Shown here piece by piece: positions 11,045-22,064 of a stretch of 64,000 bases of DNA. Made by a program: the position numbers and the translations under genes. A model generated the notes under the pieces. It did not search any database. It saw nothing but the letters and a program-made list of their open reading frames with translations, and had not been told where the DNA came from. Origin of the DNA: an uncultured Solirubrobacterales bacterium (GTDB lineage Bacteria; Actinomycetota; Thermoleophilia; Solirubrobacterales; Solirubrobacteraceae); assembly GCA_963710785.1 (NCBI GenBank), contig CAVQBM010000007.1, positions 298,246 to 362,245 of the forward strand, written 5' to 3'. Each line of letters begins with the position of its first letter. The first letter of the stretch is position 1.

Positions 11045-12711
11045 ACCTCTACGACCACGGGCAGGACCATCGGCCGCCGCCGCAGGCGGTTGTAAACCAG
11101 CTCGGCTAGATCGTCGTGCAGGGCCTCCTGGAGCATGTCCACCTCGTGGATCTGCTCCTTCGCGGCGCGCTTGAGCGTGGAGGCGACGGTGGTGCGGATC
11201 TCCTCCACCAGCTCGCCGGCCTCGTCGAGGAAGGGCACGCCGCGGAAGATCACCTCGGGGTCGGCCACCGAGGAGCCGTCTGACTCGGCGATCGTGACGA
11301 CGACGATGAAGATGCCATCGGCGGAGAGCATCCGCCGGTCGCGCAGCGCGACGTCGGCCATGTCGCCGATCTCCACGCCGTCCACGAACACCATGCCCGC
11401 CTGCTCGCGCTCGCCGAAGCCCGCGCGGTGGCCGTCGATGTCGAGCGGCAGGCCGTTGTCGCCCTGGAAGATGTCCTCCGGCGGAATCCCCACGGCCTCG
11501 GCCAGCTGGGCGTGCAGGCGCAGGCGCTTGAAATCGCCGTGGAAGGGCATCACGTAGCGCGGCTTGACGAGGTTGAGCATCAGCTTGACCTCCTCCGCGT
11601 AGCCGTGCCCGGAGGCGTGCACGGGCGCGTCGCGCGGGGTCACCACCTCGCAGCCGATGTGGTAGAGGCGGTCGATCGTCTCGTTCACCGCGCGCTCGTT
11701 GCCGGGGATCGGCGTGGCGGAGAAGATCACCGTGTCGCCGTCGCGTAGCTGCACCTGGCGGTGGTCGCGGTAGGCCATCCGCCGCAGCGCGCTGAGCGGC
11801 TCGCCCTGGGAGCCCGTGGAGATGATCACCACGCGCTCGTCGGGAAAGTCGTCGAGCTCGCGCGGGCCCACCATCAACCCATCGGGCACCTCGATGTGCC
11901 CGAGCGTGCGTCCGATCGCGACGTTCTTGCGCATCGAGCGCCCCACCAGCGAGACCTTGCGGTCGAGCGCGTGCGCGGCATCCATCACCTGCTGCACGCG
12001 GTGGATGTTCGAGGCGAAGCTCGTCACCACGATGCGCCCCTCACAGCGCGCGAAGGCCTCCTCCAGATGCGGGCCCACGACCGACTCCGAGGGCGAGAAG
12101 CCGGGGCGGTCGACGTTGGTGGAGTCTCCGCACAGCAGCAACACCCCCTCGCGGCCAAGCTCGGCCAGGCGCGAGACGTCCGCGGGTGGCCCATCGACGG
12201 GAGTCTGGTCGAACTTGTAGTCGCCGGTGATCAGCACCGTCCCCAGCTCCGTCCCGAGGGCCACCGCGGAGGAGTCGGGGATCGAGTGGGTCATGTGCAC
12301 GAGCTCCGTGGAGAACGGCCCCAGCTCGACCGTCTCATCCGCGGCGAGCTCGATCAAATCGACATCCTTGAGGCGGTGCTCCTCGAGCTTTGACTTGGCC
12401 ATCGCCACCGTCAGCGCCCCGCCATACACCGGCGGGGTGTCTCCGCGCTCGGCGCCCAGCTCGCGCAGCACCCACGGCAGCGCGCCCAGGTGATCCTCGT
12501 GGCCGTGGGTGATCACGATCGCCTCGATGTCCTTCGCGCGCTCGCGCAGGTAGGTGAAGTCGGGCAGCACCAGATCGATCCCCACCATCTCCGGCGTGGG
12601 GAAGCGCAGCCCCACGTCCACCACGACGATCCGACCGTCGTACTCCACGACGGTCATGTTCTTGCCTATCTCTCCGAGCCCTCCGAGGGGCAGGACTCGC
12701 AGCTTGCTCAC
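11041..12711 (-). CDS. rnj: Ribonuclease J
   Basis: LGGLGEIGKN, THGHEDH and VHASGH motifs. Confidence 0.97.
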   Translation of the reverse strand: MSKLRVLPLGGLGEIGKNMTVVEYDGRIVVVDVGLRFPTPEMVGIDLVLPDFTYLRERAKDIEAIVITHGHEDHLGALPWVLRELGAERGDTPPVYGGALTVAMAKSKLEEHRLKDVDLIELAADETVELGPFSTELVHMTHSIPDSSAVALGTELGTVLITGDYKFDQTPVDGPPADVSRLAELGREGVLLLCGDSTNVDRPGFSPSESVVGPHLEEAFARCEGRIVVTSFASNIHRVQQVMDAAHALDRKVSLVGRSMRKNVAIGRTLGHIEVPDGLMVGPRELDDFPDERVVIISTGSQGEPLSALRRMAYRDHRQVQLRDGDTVIFSATPIPGNERAVNETIDRLYHIGCEVVTPRDAPVHASGHGYAEEVKLMLNLVKPRYVMPFHGDFKRLRLHAQLAEAVGIPPEDIFQGDNGLPLDIDGHRAGFGEREQAGMVFVDGVEIGDMADVALRDRRMLSADGIFIVVVTIAESDGSSVADPEVIFRGVPFLDEAGELVEEIRTTVASTLKRAAKEQIHEVDMLQEALHDDLAELVYNRLRRRPMVLPVVVEV

Positions 12712-13588
12712 GCTTGGGGCACCTGGATCGACGGCGCGTCAACGCCCAATAGTCCGTGGCGCTCGAGCACGCCACGCACCTCCGCAAGCTCCTGCGCGGT
12801 GGCCTCGACGATCGGCAGCCGCACTCCCCCCGCGCGGTGGCCAAGCAGGTTCAGCGCGGCCTTCGTGCACGTGGGTGAGGCGGTCATGAACAGTGTCTTA
12901 TACACGTCGCGCAGGCTCGCATCGATCTCATGCCGTCGCTCGGGCTCGTCCACCATCCGCCGCATCTCGTCTCCAACCACATGGCTTGCCACGAGAATGC
13001 CGCCCGTACCACCCATATCGAGCGTGCGCGCGAACGTCCCATCGTCCCCCGCAAACAGCTCGAGTCCGTCGATCGTCTGCAGCTCATCCGCATTGGCCTG
13101 CTTGACCCCCTCGATGTGCTCGATCTGCCCAAGCTCCGCCAGCAGCGCCGGGGGATGTTCGTGCCCGTGCGGTGCGGGATGTTGTAGAGGAGCACCGGGC
13201 GGTCCGTAGCCTTCGCCACTTCTTCGTAGTGGCGCTTGAGGCCGAGCGGGCTGGGGCGGTTGTAGTAGGGCGTCACGCTCAGCGTCGCATCCACGCCCAT
13301 TTCGGTCGCCCGCTCGGTCAGATGCGCCGCGTGCAGCGTGTTGTTCGAGCCCGTCCCCCCCACGATGCTCTTCCCGGCGGGCTTCTCCTTGACCGCGAGC
13401 TCGATCAGCCCCAGGTGCTCCTCGTCGGTGAGCGTCGAGGCCTCCCCGGTCGTCCCGCACACCACAAACCCATCCGAGCCATGCTCGCCGAGGTGGTGCA
13501 TCAGCGCCACGAACGCCTCCTCGTCGACGCGCAAATCGGCGTCGAAGGGGGTCACGATCGCGGTGAGGATGGTCCCGAGTTCAAGCAT
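12708..13588 (-). CDS. dapA: 4-hydroxy-tetrahydrodipicolinate synthase (frameshift near 13150)
   Basis: GTTGE and YNIPHRTG motifs; GVKQA in the second frame. Confidence 0.9.
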
Positions 13589-13614
13589 CGGAGGGCATTA
13601 TCCCACGTGGGTGC

Positions 13615-14316
13615 TCATGAGAAGAGGAGGTTCTCCAACCCGACGACAGGCGAGGACTCCAGCTCCCCCACACGCCTGACCGCAAGCAGCACTCCGGGCA
13701 TGAACGAAGCGCGGTCGATCGAGTCGTGGCGGATCGTGAGCGTCTCTCCGAGGTCTCCGAGGATCACCTCCTGGTGGGCGACGAGGCCCGGCAGGCGCAC
13801 GGAGTGGATTGGTGGCTCGGCGCTGCCCGAGGCCTCGGCCATCAACCGGGCGGTGCGCGCGGCTGTGCCGGAGGGGGCGTCGATCTTGCGGTCGTGGTGA
13901 AGCTCGATTATCTCGGCCTTTTCCATGTGGCGGGCGGCCTCGGCGGCGAAGCGCATCATCAGGACGGCGCCGATTGCGAAGTTGGGGGCGATCAGGATCT
14001 TCGCCTGTGGCAATCCCTCGGGGGTGCGGGCGGCGCGCAGCGGCTCGATGTCGAAGCCTGTGGTGCCGATCACGACGTGCACGCCTGCCTGGATGCACGC
14101 CAGCGCGTTCTCCAAAGCCGTGTCGGGGCGGGTGAAGTCGACCACGACATCCGCGTCTTTGAGCACCTCGGCGAGGCTAACGCCAAGCACCGGGTCGGCG
14201 CGGCCGCTGAGCTCCATGTCCGCGGCGTCCTCGACGGCGGCGCACACGGTCTGCCCCATACGTCCTGCTGCGCCGGCCACGGCAACCTTGATCTTCTTCT
14301 CCTCGATGTCGGGCAT
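13615..14316 (-). CDS. dapB: 4-hydroxy-tetrahydrodipicolinate reductase
   Basis: GAAGRMG and ELHHDRKIDAPSGTA motifs. Confidence 0.96.
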   Translation of the reverse strand: MPDIEEKKIKVAVAGAAGRMGQTVCAAVEDAADMELSGRADPVLGVSLAEVLKDADVVVDFTRPDTALENALACIQAGVHVVIGTTGFDIEPLRAARTPEGLPQAKILIAPNFAIGAVLMMRFAAEAARHMEKAEIIELHHDRKIDAPSGTAARTARLMAEASGSAEPPIHSVRLPGLVAHQEVILGDLGETLTIRHDSIDRASFMPGVLLAVRRVGELESSPVVGLENLLFS

Positions 14317-14323
14317 CCGCGAC

Positions 14324-15663
14324 CTACTGTACGGCTCCGCCGAGGGCCGTCTCGGCGACGGCGACCGGCAGCGCGCTCAGCGTCGGCAGCGGCTCGAGCG
14401 CCGCGCCGAAGGCCTCCTCGGTGGGACCGATCGCTGCGGCGGAGAGGCGATCGGGCGCGAACAACTCGCCCGCGAGCGCGCGCAGCTCATCCTGGCCGAC
14501 GGCGTCGATCTTCTGCATGACCTGCTCGACGGTGAGGATCGGCAGCCCGTGCAGGATGGAGGCGCCGAGGCGGTTCATGCGCGCGCCGGTGGACTCGAGC
14601 GAGAGGGCGATGCGGCCCTTGGTGTTCTCGCGTGAGCGCTGCAGCTCGGACTCATCCGCGGGCTCCTCCGCAAAGCGGGTGAGCTCGCGTGCGAGCACCG
14701 AAAGCGCCTCACTGAGGTTCTCCGGGCGCGTGCCCACATAGAGGCCCACATCGCCGGTGTGGGCGTGGAGGTTGGCGAAGGAGAAGACCGCATAGGCAAG
14801 ACCGCGGCGCTCGCGCACCTCCTGGAAGAGACGCGAGGAGGAGGAGCCGCCGAGCACGTTGTCGAGCACGCGCAGCGCATAGCGGCGCTCGTCGTCGCGC
14901 GCGAGCCCAGGCGCTCCGAGGCAGACGTGGTACTGCTCGGTGTCCTTGCGCAGGAACTGCACGCGCGGCTCGAAGGTGGGGCGCGCGAGCGGCGGCGCGG
15001 ACTCGCTCGCGGCGGTGGCGGTACCGGGCTTTGGTCCGCCGGCAAGCGCCAGCTCGACCAGCGCGTCGTGGTCGCATGAGCCGGCGGCGGCGATCACGAT
15101 GCTGTGCGGGTCATAGCGCCGCGCGTGGAAGGCGCGCAGCTGCTCTCGGTGACGGCACCGACGATCTCGGCGCGCCCGATCACCGGTCGCCCGAGCGGAT
15201 GGTTCCCGTAGACGGCCTCGCCGAGCACGTCGAAGACCTTGTCCTGCGGATCGTCTTCGTACATCGCGATCTCTTCGAGCACCACCTCGCGCTCGGTCTC
15301 GAGCTCCTCGAAACGGGGGCGCCAGATCATGTCGGCGATCACATCGAATGCCTTCTCCAGATGCTGGTCGAGGATGCGCGTGTAGACGGAGGTGTTCTCC
15401 TTGTCGGTCCCCGCGTTCAGCTCGGCGCCCATCGCGTCGAAGATCTGGTCGATCTCCTGCGAGCCATAGCGCTCGGTGCCGCGAAAGAGCATGTGCTCCA
15501 GCAGGTGGGAGATGCCCGCCTCCTCGTGGGTCTCCCCCACCGAGCCCGCGTCGATCAAGAAGCCGAGCGCCACCGAGCGCACGGAAGGCATGCGCTCGGT
15601 GACCACGCGCACCCCGGAGGGGAGCGTGGTGATGCGGTGCTCGGAGGTGCTCAGATCGTGCAA
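14324..15663 (-). CDS. M16 (pitrilysin-family) zinc peptidase (frameshift near 15140)
   Basis: HLLEH inverted zinc motif and SSRLFQEVRERRGLAY; typical position between pnp and dapB. Confidence 0.9.
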
Positions 15664-15694
15664 CGGTCAGACCGTCTGCCGCGGGACGGCGCGA

Positions 15695-17962
15695 TCAGTA
15701 ACGATCGCGCCCGCCGCGGGGGCGTCCGCCGCGCGAGCCGCCACGCTCGCGCTCGGGGCGATCGCTGCCGTTGCGCGAAGGCCGTCCGCCGCCTCCGCCG
15801 GAGCCGACGCCGGCCAGTTCCTCGACGCTCTTGCCGGCGATCTCCGGGTCCTCGGACAGACGCAGGCCGATGCGACCGCGCTCGCGGTCGACCTCGACGA
15901 CGCGCACGTTGATCTCATCGCCCTTGTTGAGCACGTCCTCGACGGTGTCCACGCGCTGCCCGGGCGAGACGTTGGAGATGTGCAGCAGTCCGTCGGTGCC
16001 CTTCGCCAGCTCCACGAAAGCGCCGAAGGTGGTCGTCTTGACGACCTTGCCGAGGTACTCGTCGCCGACCTCGACCTCCTTCATCATCATCCGCACACGC
16101 TCCAGCAGCGCGTCGCCGAGCTCGCCGTTGGCGGAGTAGATCAGCACCTGGCCGTCGTCGTTGACGTCGATCTGGGACTCGAACTCCTCGGAGAGCCCGC
16201 GGATCGTTTCGCCGCCCTTGCCGATCAAGAGGCCGATCTGCGAGGGGTCGATCTGGATCGTCTGGATGCGCGGGGCGAACTGGCTGAGCGACTCGCGCGG
16301 CCCCTCGATCACGTCGGCCATCTTGCCGAGGATGAACGTGCGTGCCGCGTGAGCCTGCGTGAGCGCGTCACGCAGGATCTCGAACGTGACGCCACTGATC
16401 TTGATGTCCATCTGCAGGGCGGTGATGCCCTGATCGGTGCCGGCCACCTTGAAGTCCATGTCTCCCAGGTGGTCCTCCACACCGGCGATGTCGGTGAGCA
16501 CGGTGTAGTCCTCGCCCTCCTTGATGAGGCCCATCGCGATGCCCGCCACCGGGCGCTTGATCGGCACGCCCGCGTCCATCAGCGACAGCGAGGAGCCGCA
16601 CACTGAGGCCATCGAGGAGGATCCGTTTGACTCGAAGATGTCCGAGACGACACGGATCGTGTAGGGGAAGTCCTCGATCGAGGGCACCACCGGCACGAGC
16701 GCCCGCTCGGCCAGCGCGCCGTGACCGATGTCGCGGCGCTTGGGGCCGATACGGCCGGCCTCGCCCACCGAGAAGGGCGGGAAGTTGTAGTGGTGGAAGT
16801 AGTACTTCTTGCTCTGCAGCCCCAGCGTGTCGAGGCGCATCTCCTCCTTGAGCGTCCCCAGCGCGGCGACGCTGAGCGCCTGCGTCTGCCCGCGCGTGAA
16901 CAGCGCGGAGCCGTGCGTGCGCGGCGTGACGCCCGCTTCGATCGTGATCTCGCGGATCTCGTTCTCGGCGCGACCGTCGGGACGCTTCTTGTGCACGGCG
17001 ATGCGCTCGCGGATGATCGACTTCTCGAGCTTGTCGAAGGCCATCTGGGCCGCGGCGCGGCGCGCCTTGGCCTCGGACAGCTGCTCCTCGGAGGCACCCT
17101 CGGGCGCCGGGGGCGTAGCGCGCGAGGAGTCGCCCTCGACGGCCTTGCGGCGTCCTGGCGCTCGAGCTTGTCCTCCACCTGCGTGGCCGCGTCGAGCGCG
17201 GAGCCGTGCGAGGAGCGGATCTCGCCGAACAGCCCCTGATCCAGCCCGGGGGTCTCGACGACCGTCTTCTCCTTGCCGACCTTCGCGGCGAGGTCGCGCT
17301 GCAGCTGACATAGCTTCTTGATCTCCGAGTGCGCGATGTCCAGGGCATCGAGGATCTCCGCCTCGGAGATCTCGTTCGCGCCCGCCTCGACCATCAGGAT
17401 CGCGTCCTCGGAGCCCGCCACGACGAGGTCGAGGTCGCGAGCTGCTCCAGCAGATCCTCCTCGTTGGGGTTCACGACGAAGTTGCCGTCGATCTTGCCGA
17501 TCCGCACCGCGCCAACGGGGCCGGCGAACGGGACGTTGGAGATCATCAGCGCCGCGGAGGCGCCGTTCATCGCGAGGATGTCATACGGGTTGACGTGATC
17601 CACCGAGATGGGGATCGCCACCAGCTGCGTCTCAAAGCGCCAGCCCTTGGGGAACAGCGGGCGCAGCGGACGGTCGATCATGCGCGCCGTCAGCGTGCCC
17701 TTCTCACCCGAGCGCCCCTCGCGCTTGAAGAACGAGCCGGGGATCTTGCCCGCGGCATACATGCGCTCCTCGACGTCAACCGTCAGAGGAAGAAAGTCCG
17801 ACATCCCTCAGACCGCCGGCGGTGGCGGTGGGAGAGGACCATCGTGTCGCCCTGGCGGACGACCACTGCGCCGGAGGCCTGCTTGGCCATCCTGCCGGTC
17901 TCAAACGAGATCTCACTACCAGCGATCTCCACGGAGACCCGCGTCACGGCGTTGCTGCTCAT
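15695..17962 (-). CDS. pnp: Polyribonucleotide nucleotidyltransferase (several frameshifts)
   Basis: [32 protein letters not shown] and [10 protein letters not shown] motifs; KH and S1 domains. Confidence 0.93.
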
Positions 17963-18073
17963 ATTTCCTGCCCTTCTCGGCGCTCGCCCTTCGGTCGGCG
18001 GGCGCGATCTTTATTTCTCTGTATCCGAACAGAGGAGCTTAGCGGAGAGGGCCCGGCGACAGAGCCGGCGGAA

Positions 18074-18150
18074 GGAAGGCCCGGCGGGGCCTTCCGGTTA
18101 CGGGAGCCCGGAGGGCGCGTCATATGAAGGGGCCGGCTGGATGCCGGCCC
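18074..18150. repeat. Palindromic intergenic module (REP-like)
   Basis: Hairpins GGAAGGCCC-ggcg-GGGCCTTCC (18074-18095) and GGGCCGGC-tggat-GCCGGCCC (18130-18150); related to 33947-34033. Confidence 0.5.
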
Positions 18151-18153
18151 GAG

Positions 18154-18612
18154 CTATGCATTTTTCAAGCCGCCGAGGATCATGTGCGCGCCGGGTAGGT
18201 CAGCGGGCGATGGAGCCTGATAGCTCCAGCGCACAACCCCGTCGGGACCAGTGATGACCAAGGCGCGCTGGGGAAAGCCGCCCTCGTGAAGCACACCAAA
18301 GGCCGCACAGGCTGCGCCCTTGGGCTCGAAGTCAGACAACTGCGGGATGCTCACACCGAGCTTTTCGCGAAACGCCTTCTGCGCCCAGCTGGAGTCGCAC
18401 GAGACCCCATAGATCTCAACGCCCTGGGCACGTGGCTCTGCAAGCTCCTTCTCATACACCTGCAGCTGGTCGGTGCAAACGGGGCTGAAGGCGAACGGGT
18501 AGAACACGAGCACGGTCGTCTTGCCCTGCAGGTCCTCCTGTGTGAAGCGCTCGCCGTTTTCGGTCCCCAGGCTGAAGCTGGGCGCGCGAGTACCGGGATC
18601 CAGAACGCTCAC
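18154..18612 (-). CDS. Peroxiredoxin (AhpE/BCP-like)
   Basis: FYPFAFSPVCT peroxidatic motif and LSDFEPKG. Confidence 0.88.
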   Translation of the reverse strand: MSVLDPGTRAPSFSLGTENGERFTQEDLQGKTTVLVFYPFAFSPVCTDQLQVYEKELAEPRAQGVEIYGVSCDSSWAQKAFREKLGVSIPQLSDFEPKGAACAAFGVLHEGGFPQRALVITGPDGVVRWSYQAPSPADLPGAHMILGGLKNA

Positions 18613-18618
18613 GACTGC

Positions 18619-18888
18619 TTACTTACGCAGGCCGAGCTCTTTGATGAGTGCTCTGTAGCCCTCGAGGTCATTGCGCCGCAGATAGTCCAGAAAGCGCCGG
18701 CGCTGACCGACGAGCATCAACAGGCCGCGGCGCGAGTGGTGATCGCGCTTCTGCTCGCGCAGGTGCTCGGTGAGGTGGTTGATGCGCTCGGTGAGCAGTG
18801 CAACCTGCACCTTGGTGCTGCCCGTGTCGCGCTCGTTGGCGCCGAACTTGGCGGCGATCTCGCGCTTGCGCTCAGTTGTGAGGGTCAT
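18619..18888 (-). CDS. rpsO: 30S ribosomal protein S15
   Basis: [13 protein letters not shown] and [17 protein letters not shown]. Confidence 0.98.
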   Translation of the reverse strand: MTLTTERKREIAAKFGANERDTGSTKVQVALLTERINHLTEHLREQKRDHHSRRGLLMLVGQRRRFLDYLRRNDLEGYRALIKELGLRK

Positions 18889-18900
18889 CGGCGGGACAGG

Positions 18901-19842
18901 CTAGCAAACTAACCCACTACCCCGGACGGCGTGCCAATTCTGTCGAACTGGATCGATCGGGCTAGCGACCGTGTGGGCGCCCACCACCTCGCGCGTCTCC
19001 TCGACATCGCGGTGCATTTGCTCGACGAGCGCCTCGGCGCTGTCGAAGCGCCGTTCCCCGCGCAGGCGGGCGAGGAAGTCCAACCGCAGGGTATGTCCGT
19101 AGAGGTCGCCTTCGAAGTCGAGCAGGTATGCCTCGATCAGCTCGATGCGGCCGGTCTTGAAGGTGGGGCGCACGCCGATGCTGACCGCGGCCGGCCGTCC
19201 GTCGGCGAGACAGGCATAGATGCCGTGGCCGGGGCACACGAGTGCGTCGTCGGGGATCAGGTTGGCCGTCGGGAACCCCAGTTCGCGCCCGCGCTTGTCG
19301 CCGTGCGTGACCTCGCCGCGCAACTGGAAGGGGCTGCCGAGCAGCCGTGCGCCCTCCTCGACCTCGCCGGCCGCGATCAGACCGCGGACGTGGCTGGAGG
19401 AGACGATCTCCCCGTCGACCTCCAGCAGCGGATGCACGACGGTCTCAAAACGCGTGTCGGCGGCCAACAGATGCGTGTCGCCGCGGGCCTTGTGGCCAAA
19501 GCGGAAGTTCTCGCCGACCGACACGTGGGTCGCGCCGAGCGCGTCGACCAGCACCCCGTCGATGAACTCGCCGGCAGTGCGTTGGGCGAAGCTGCTGTCG
19601 AAGGGGATCACGATCAGCTCCCGCACTCCCAGTGCAGCGATCAGCTCGGCCTTCGTCTCGAGCGGGGTGAGCAGCTTGGGCGCGTGCTGGGGCGCCACCA
19701 CAGACACGGGGTGTGGCTCGAAGGTCAGCACGCTGTCGGCGCCCCGGATCACCTCCTGGTGGCCGAGGTGCACGCCGTCGAAGGTGCCGACGGCGACCTT
19801 GCGCTCGCTGCGCTCCACGTCCGGTAGGCGGGTGATCTGCAT
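18901..19842 (-). CDS. ribF: Bifunctional riboflavin kinase/FAD synthetase
   Basis: GTFDGVHLGH and GRELGFPTAN motifs. Confidence 0.96.
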   Translation of the reverse strand: MQITRLPDVERSERKVAVGTFDGVHLGHQEVIRGADSVLTFEPHPVSVVAPQHAPKLLTPLETKAELIAALGVRELIVIPFDSSFAQRTAGEFIDGVLVDALGATHVSVGENFRFGHKARGDTHLLAADTRFETVVHPLLEVDGEIVSSSHVRGLIAAGEVEEGARLLGSPFQLRGEVTHGDKRGRELGFPTANLIPDDALVCPGHGIYACLADGRPAAVSIGVRPTFKTGRIELIEAYLLDFEGDLYGHTLRLDFLARLRGERRFDSAEALVEQMHRDVEETREVVGAHTVASPIDPVRQNWHAVRGSGLVC

Positions 19843-19854
19843 CGCAGCGGAAGC

Positions 19855-20524
19855 CTACGGCGCGAGCGCGGTCATCGCATCCTGCGCGGAGATGAGATGC
19901 TTTTCGGCGACTGCCTGCCACTGCTCGCCGCGCTGAGGCGGTGCGATGGCGTCCTGTACCTCGAACGGTCCGATCGCGGTGCGCCGCAGCTCTTCGCAGT
20001 AGGCGTCGCCGAGATCCGCGATCAGCGAGCGCACGTATGTGCCCGATGAGCACTCGATCAGGAAACTCGCGCGCGCCGGCTCGCGCCACAGCTGCTCGAA
20101 GCGGTGGATCGTGACGATCCGCTCGGGCATCTCGAACTGCTCGCCGCGCCGCGCGCGGCGGTAGGCGCGCTCGCCGCCGATCTTCACGGCCGAATAGATC
20201 GGCGGACGCTGGCGGATCTCGCCGGTGGGCAGCACCGGAGGGTCGGGCGGGATGCGCCCCGGTCTGCGTGATCTCTCCCTCGGGGTCGCCTGTGCTCGAG
20301 ACCGCGCCCAGGCGTGCAACCGTGACATAGCGCTTGGGCAGCTCCATCAGATGACGCTGAATGCGTGTGGCTCTGCCCACGAGCACAAGCAGCAACCCGG
20401 TAGCGAACGGATCGAGCGTGCCGGCGTGCCCAGTCTTCACGCCTCCCAGTGACCGGCGCACAGCCGCGACCACGTCGTGCGATGTCATGCCGGTGGGCTT
20501 GTCGATCAGCAGAACCCCGTCCAC
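19855..20524 (-). CDS. truB: tRNA pseudouridine(55) synthase (frameshift near 20260)
   Basis: [12 protein letters not shown], then [11 protein letters not shown] and [10 protein letters not shown] in the second frame. Confidence 0.92.
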
Positions 20525-20532
20525 GCCGGGAC

Positions 20533-21573
20533 TCAGGCGTGAGCCGGCGCAGGGTGCAGCTGTGCGGCGATCTCGCGTCGCAGGAAGGCGATCAGCTCCT
20601 CGAGCTCGAGCGTCGTGGAGAAGCCGGCGGCGCGACGGTGTCCACCACCGCCCTGGGCGCGCGCGATCAGCGAGACGTCGACGTCGTCGTCGGTGGCGCG
20701 CAGCGAGACCTTGTACTGCCCGCGGCGATCGGCGTCGAGCAGCTCGCGCACGAGACCCGCCACCTTGGTGCCCTGCACGGCGCGCAGGATGTCGACGATC
20801 CCCTCGGAGTAGCTCGCCTCCGCGCACGCCTCGTTGAAATCCTCGGCGCTCAGCCACGCGAGCGTCAGCTCGCCGTCGTCGTGGCGGCAGACCTGGGAGA
20901 GCGCCCGCGCGAACAGGGTGAGCTTCGCGAAGGGCATCTCCTCGAACAGGCGGCGATAGACCCCCTGCACATCGACGCCCGCGGCGATCAGCGCCGCGGC
21001 CATCTGGTGCGCGCTGGGACCCGTGTTCTCGTACATGAAGCGCCCGGTGTCGGTGATCAGGCCCACGTACAGCGCCTCGGCCACCTCCGGTGTCGGCGCG
21101 ACCCCCAGCTCGCCCATCAGGTCCCACACGATCTCCGCGGTGCACGAGGCGGAGGGCACGACGTGGTCGATCGTCCCGAAGCGGGTGTTGTCGTGGTGGT
21201 GGTCGATGTTCAGCAGGTGCGCACCGGCGCGCAGCACCTCGGCGGAGTTGCGGTCGATGTTGCCGCAGTCCAAGAACACGACGGTGCGTTCCGCGATGTC
21301 CGGCGGTGCCACCTGGATCATGTGCTCCAGCTGGAAGAAGCGATACTCGTGGGGCAGCGGCAGCTCGCTCGGCGCGATGAACATCGGCGCGTCCTTGCCC
21401 AGCGCCGTGAGCAGCCCCTGCATCGCCACGAGCGAGCCGAGCGCGTCGCCGTCCATGTTCTCGTGCGTGGCGAGCACGAAGCGGGAGTCGGTGCGGATGC
21501 GCTCCAGCACGCGCGCGCGGCTGTCGGTGATGGCCCCGCTGCCATTGTGCAGGGTGCCGTTGGTCGCGCTCAT
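20533..21573 (-). CDS. nrnA: DHH-family nano-RNase/pAp phosphatase
   Basis: DGDALGS, IDHH, TDTGRF and [10 protein letters not shown] motifs. Confidence 0.92.
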   Translation of the reverse strand: MSATNGTLHNGSGAITDSRARVLERIRTDSRFVLATHENMDGDALGSLVAMQGLLTALGKDAPMFIAPSELPLPHEYRFFQLEHMIQVAPPDIAERTVVFLDCGNIDRNSAEVLRAGAHLLNIDHHHDNTRFGTIDHVVPSASCTAEIVWDLMGELGVAPTPEVAEALYVGLITDTGRFMYENTGPSAHQMAAALIAAGVDVQGVYRRLFEEMPFAKLTLFARALSQVCRHDDGELTLAWLSAEDFNEACAEASYSEGIVDILRAVQGTKVAGLVRELLDADRRGQYKVSLRATDDDVDVSLIARAQGGGGHRRAAGFSTTLELEELIAFLRREIAAQLHPAPAHA

Positions 21574-21586
21574 AGGAGTGCGTTCC

Positions 21587-21931
21587 TCACGGCTGCTCGA
21601 TCTCCTCCAGCAACGCGTCTACCCGCAGCGCCCGGTCGAGTGTGTCGTCATAGGCGAAGTCAAGCGTCGGCGTGCGCTTGAGGTGCAGCTGGGAGGCGAC
21701 GCGGCTCTGCAGATAGCCGTGTGCGCTGTTCAGGCCGTCCATGCTCGCCTCACGCTGCTCGGCGTCTCCCAGCACGCTCACGTACACGCGAGCGTGGCTG
21801 AGGTCGGCGCTTGTCCTGACGTCGGTCACGGTTATGAATCCCACCCTCGGGTCCTTCAGCTCTCCTGCTACTGCCTCGCCGATCACCTGACGGATCGCCT
21901 CGTCGACGCGGCGCATACGTTCTGAACTCAT
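21587..21931 (-). CDS. rbfA: Ribosome-binding factor A
   Basis: LKDPRVGFITVT...DLSHARVYVS...KRTPTLDF. Confidence 0.97.
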   Translation of the reverse strand: MSSERMRRVDEAIRQVIGEAVAGELKDPRVGFITVTDVRTSADLSHARVYVSVLGDAEQREASMDGLNSAHGYLQSRVASQLHLKRTPTLDFAYDDTLDRALRVDALLEEIEQP

Positions 21932-22064
21932 CCCTGCCTACTCATCCTACCCCTCGGGTGCCACCGAGGGGTTGGGTGCTCTCGGTATTTGACGGAGGAT
22001 CCGGCCTGCGCACGGGCACGACGGCGTTCGGGTGCCCTGTCGCTGACCCTGCCGCCGCACGGGC

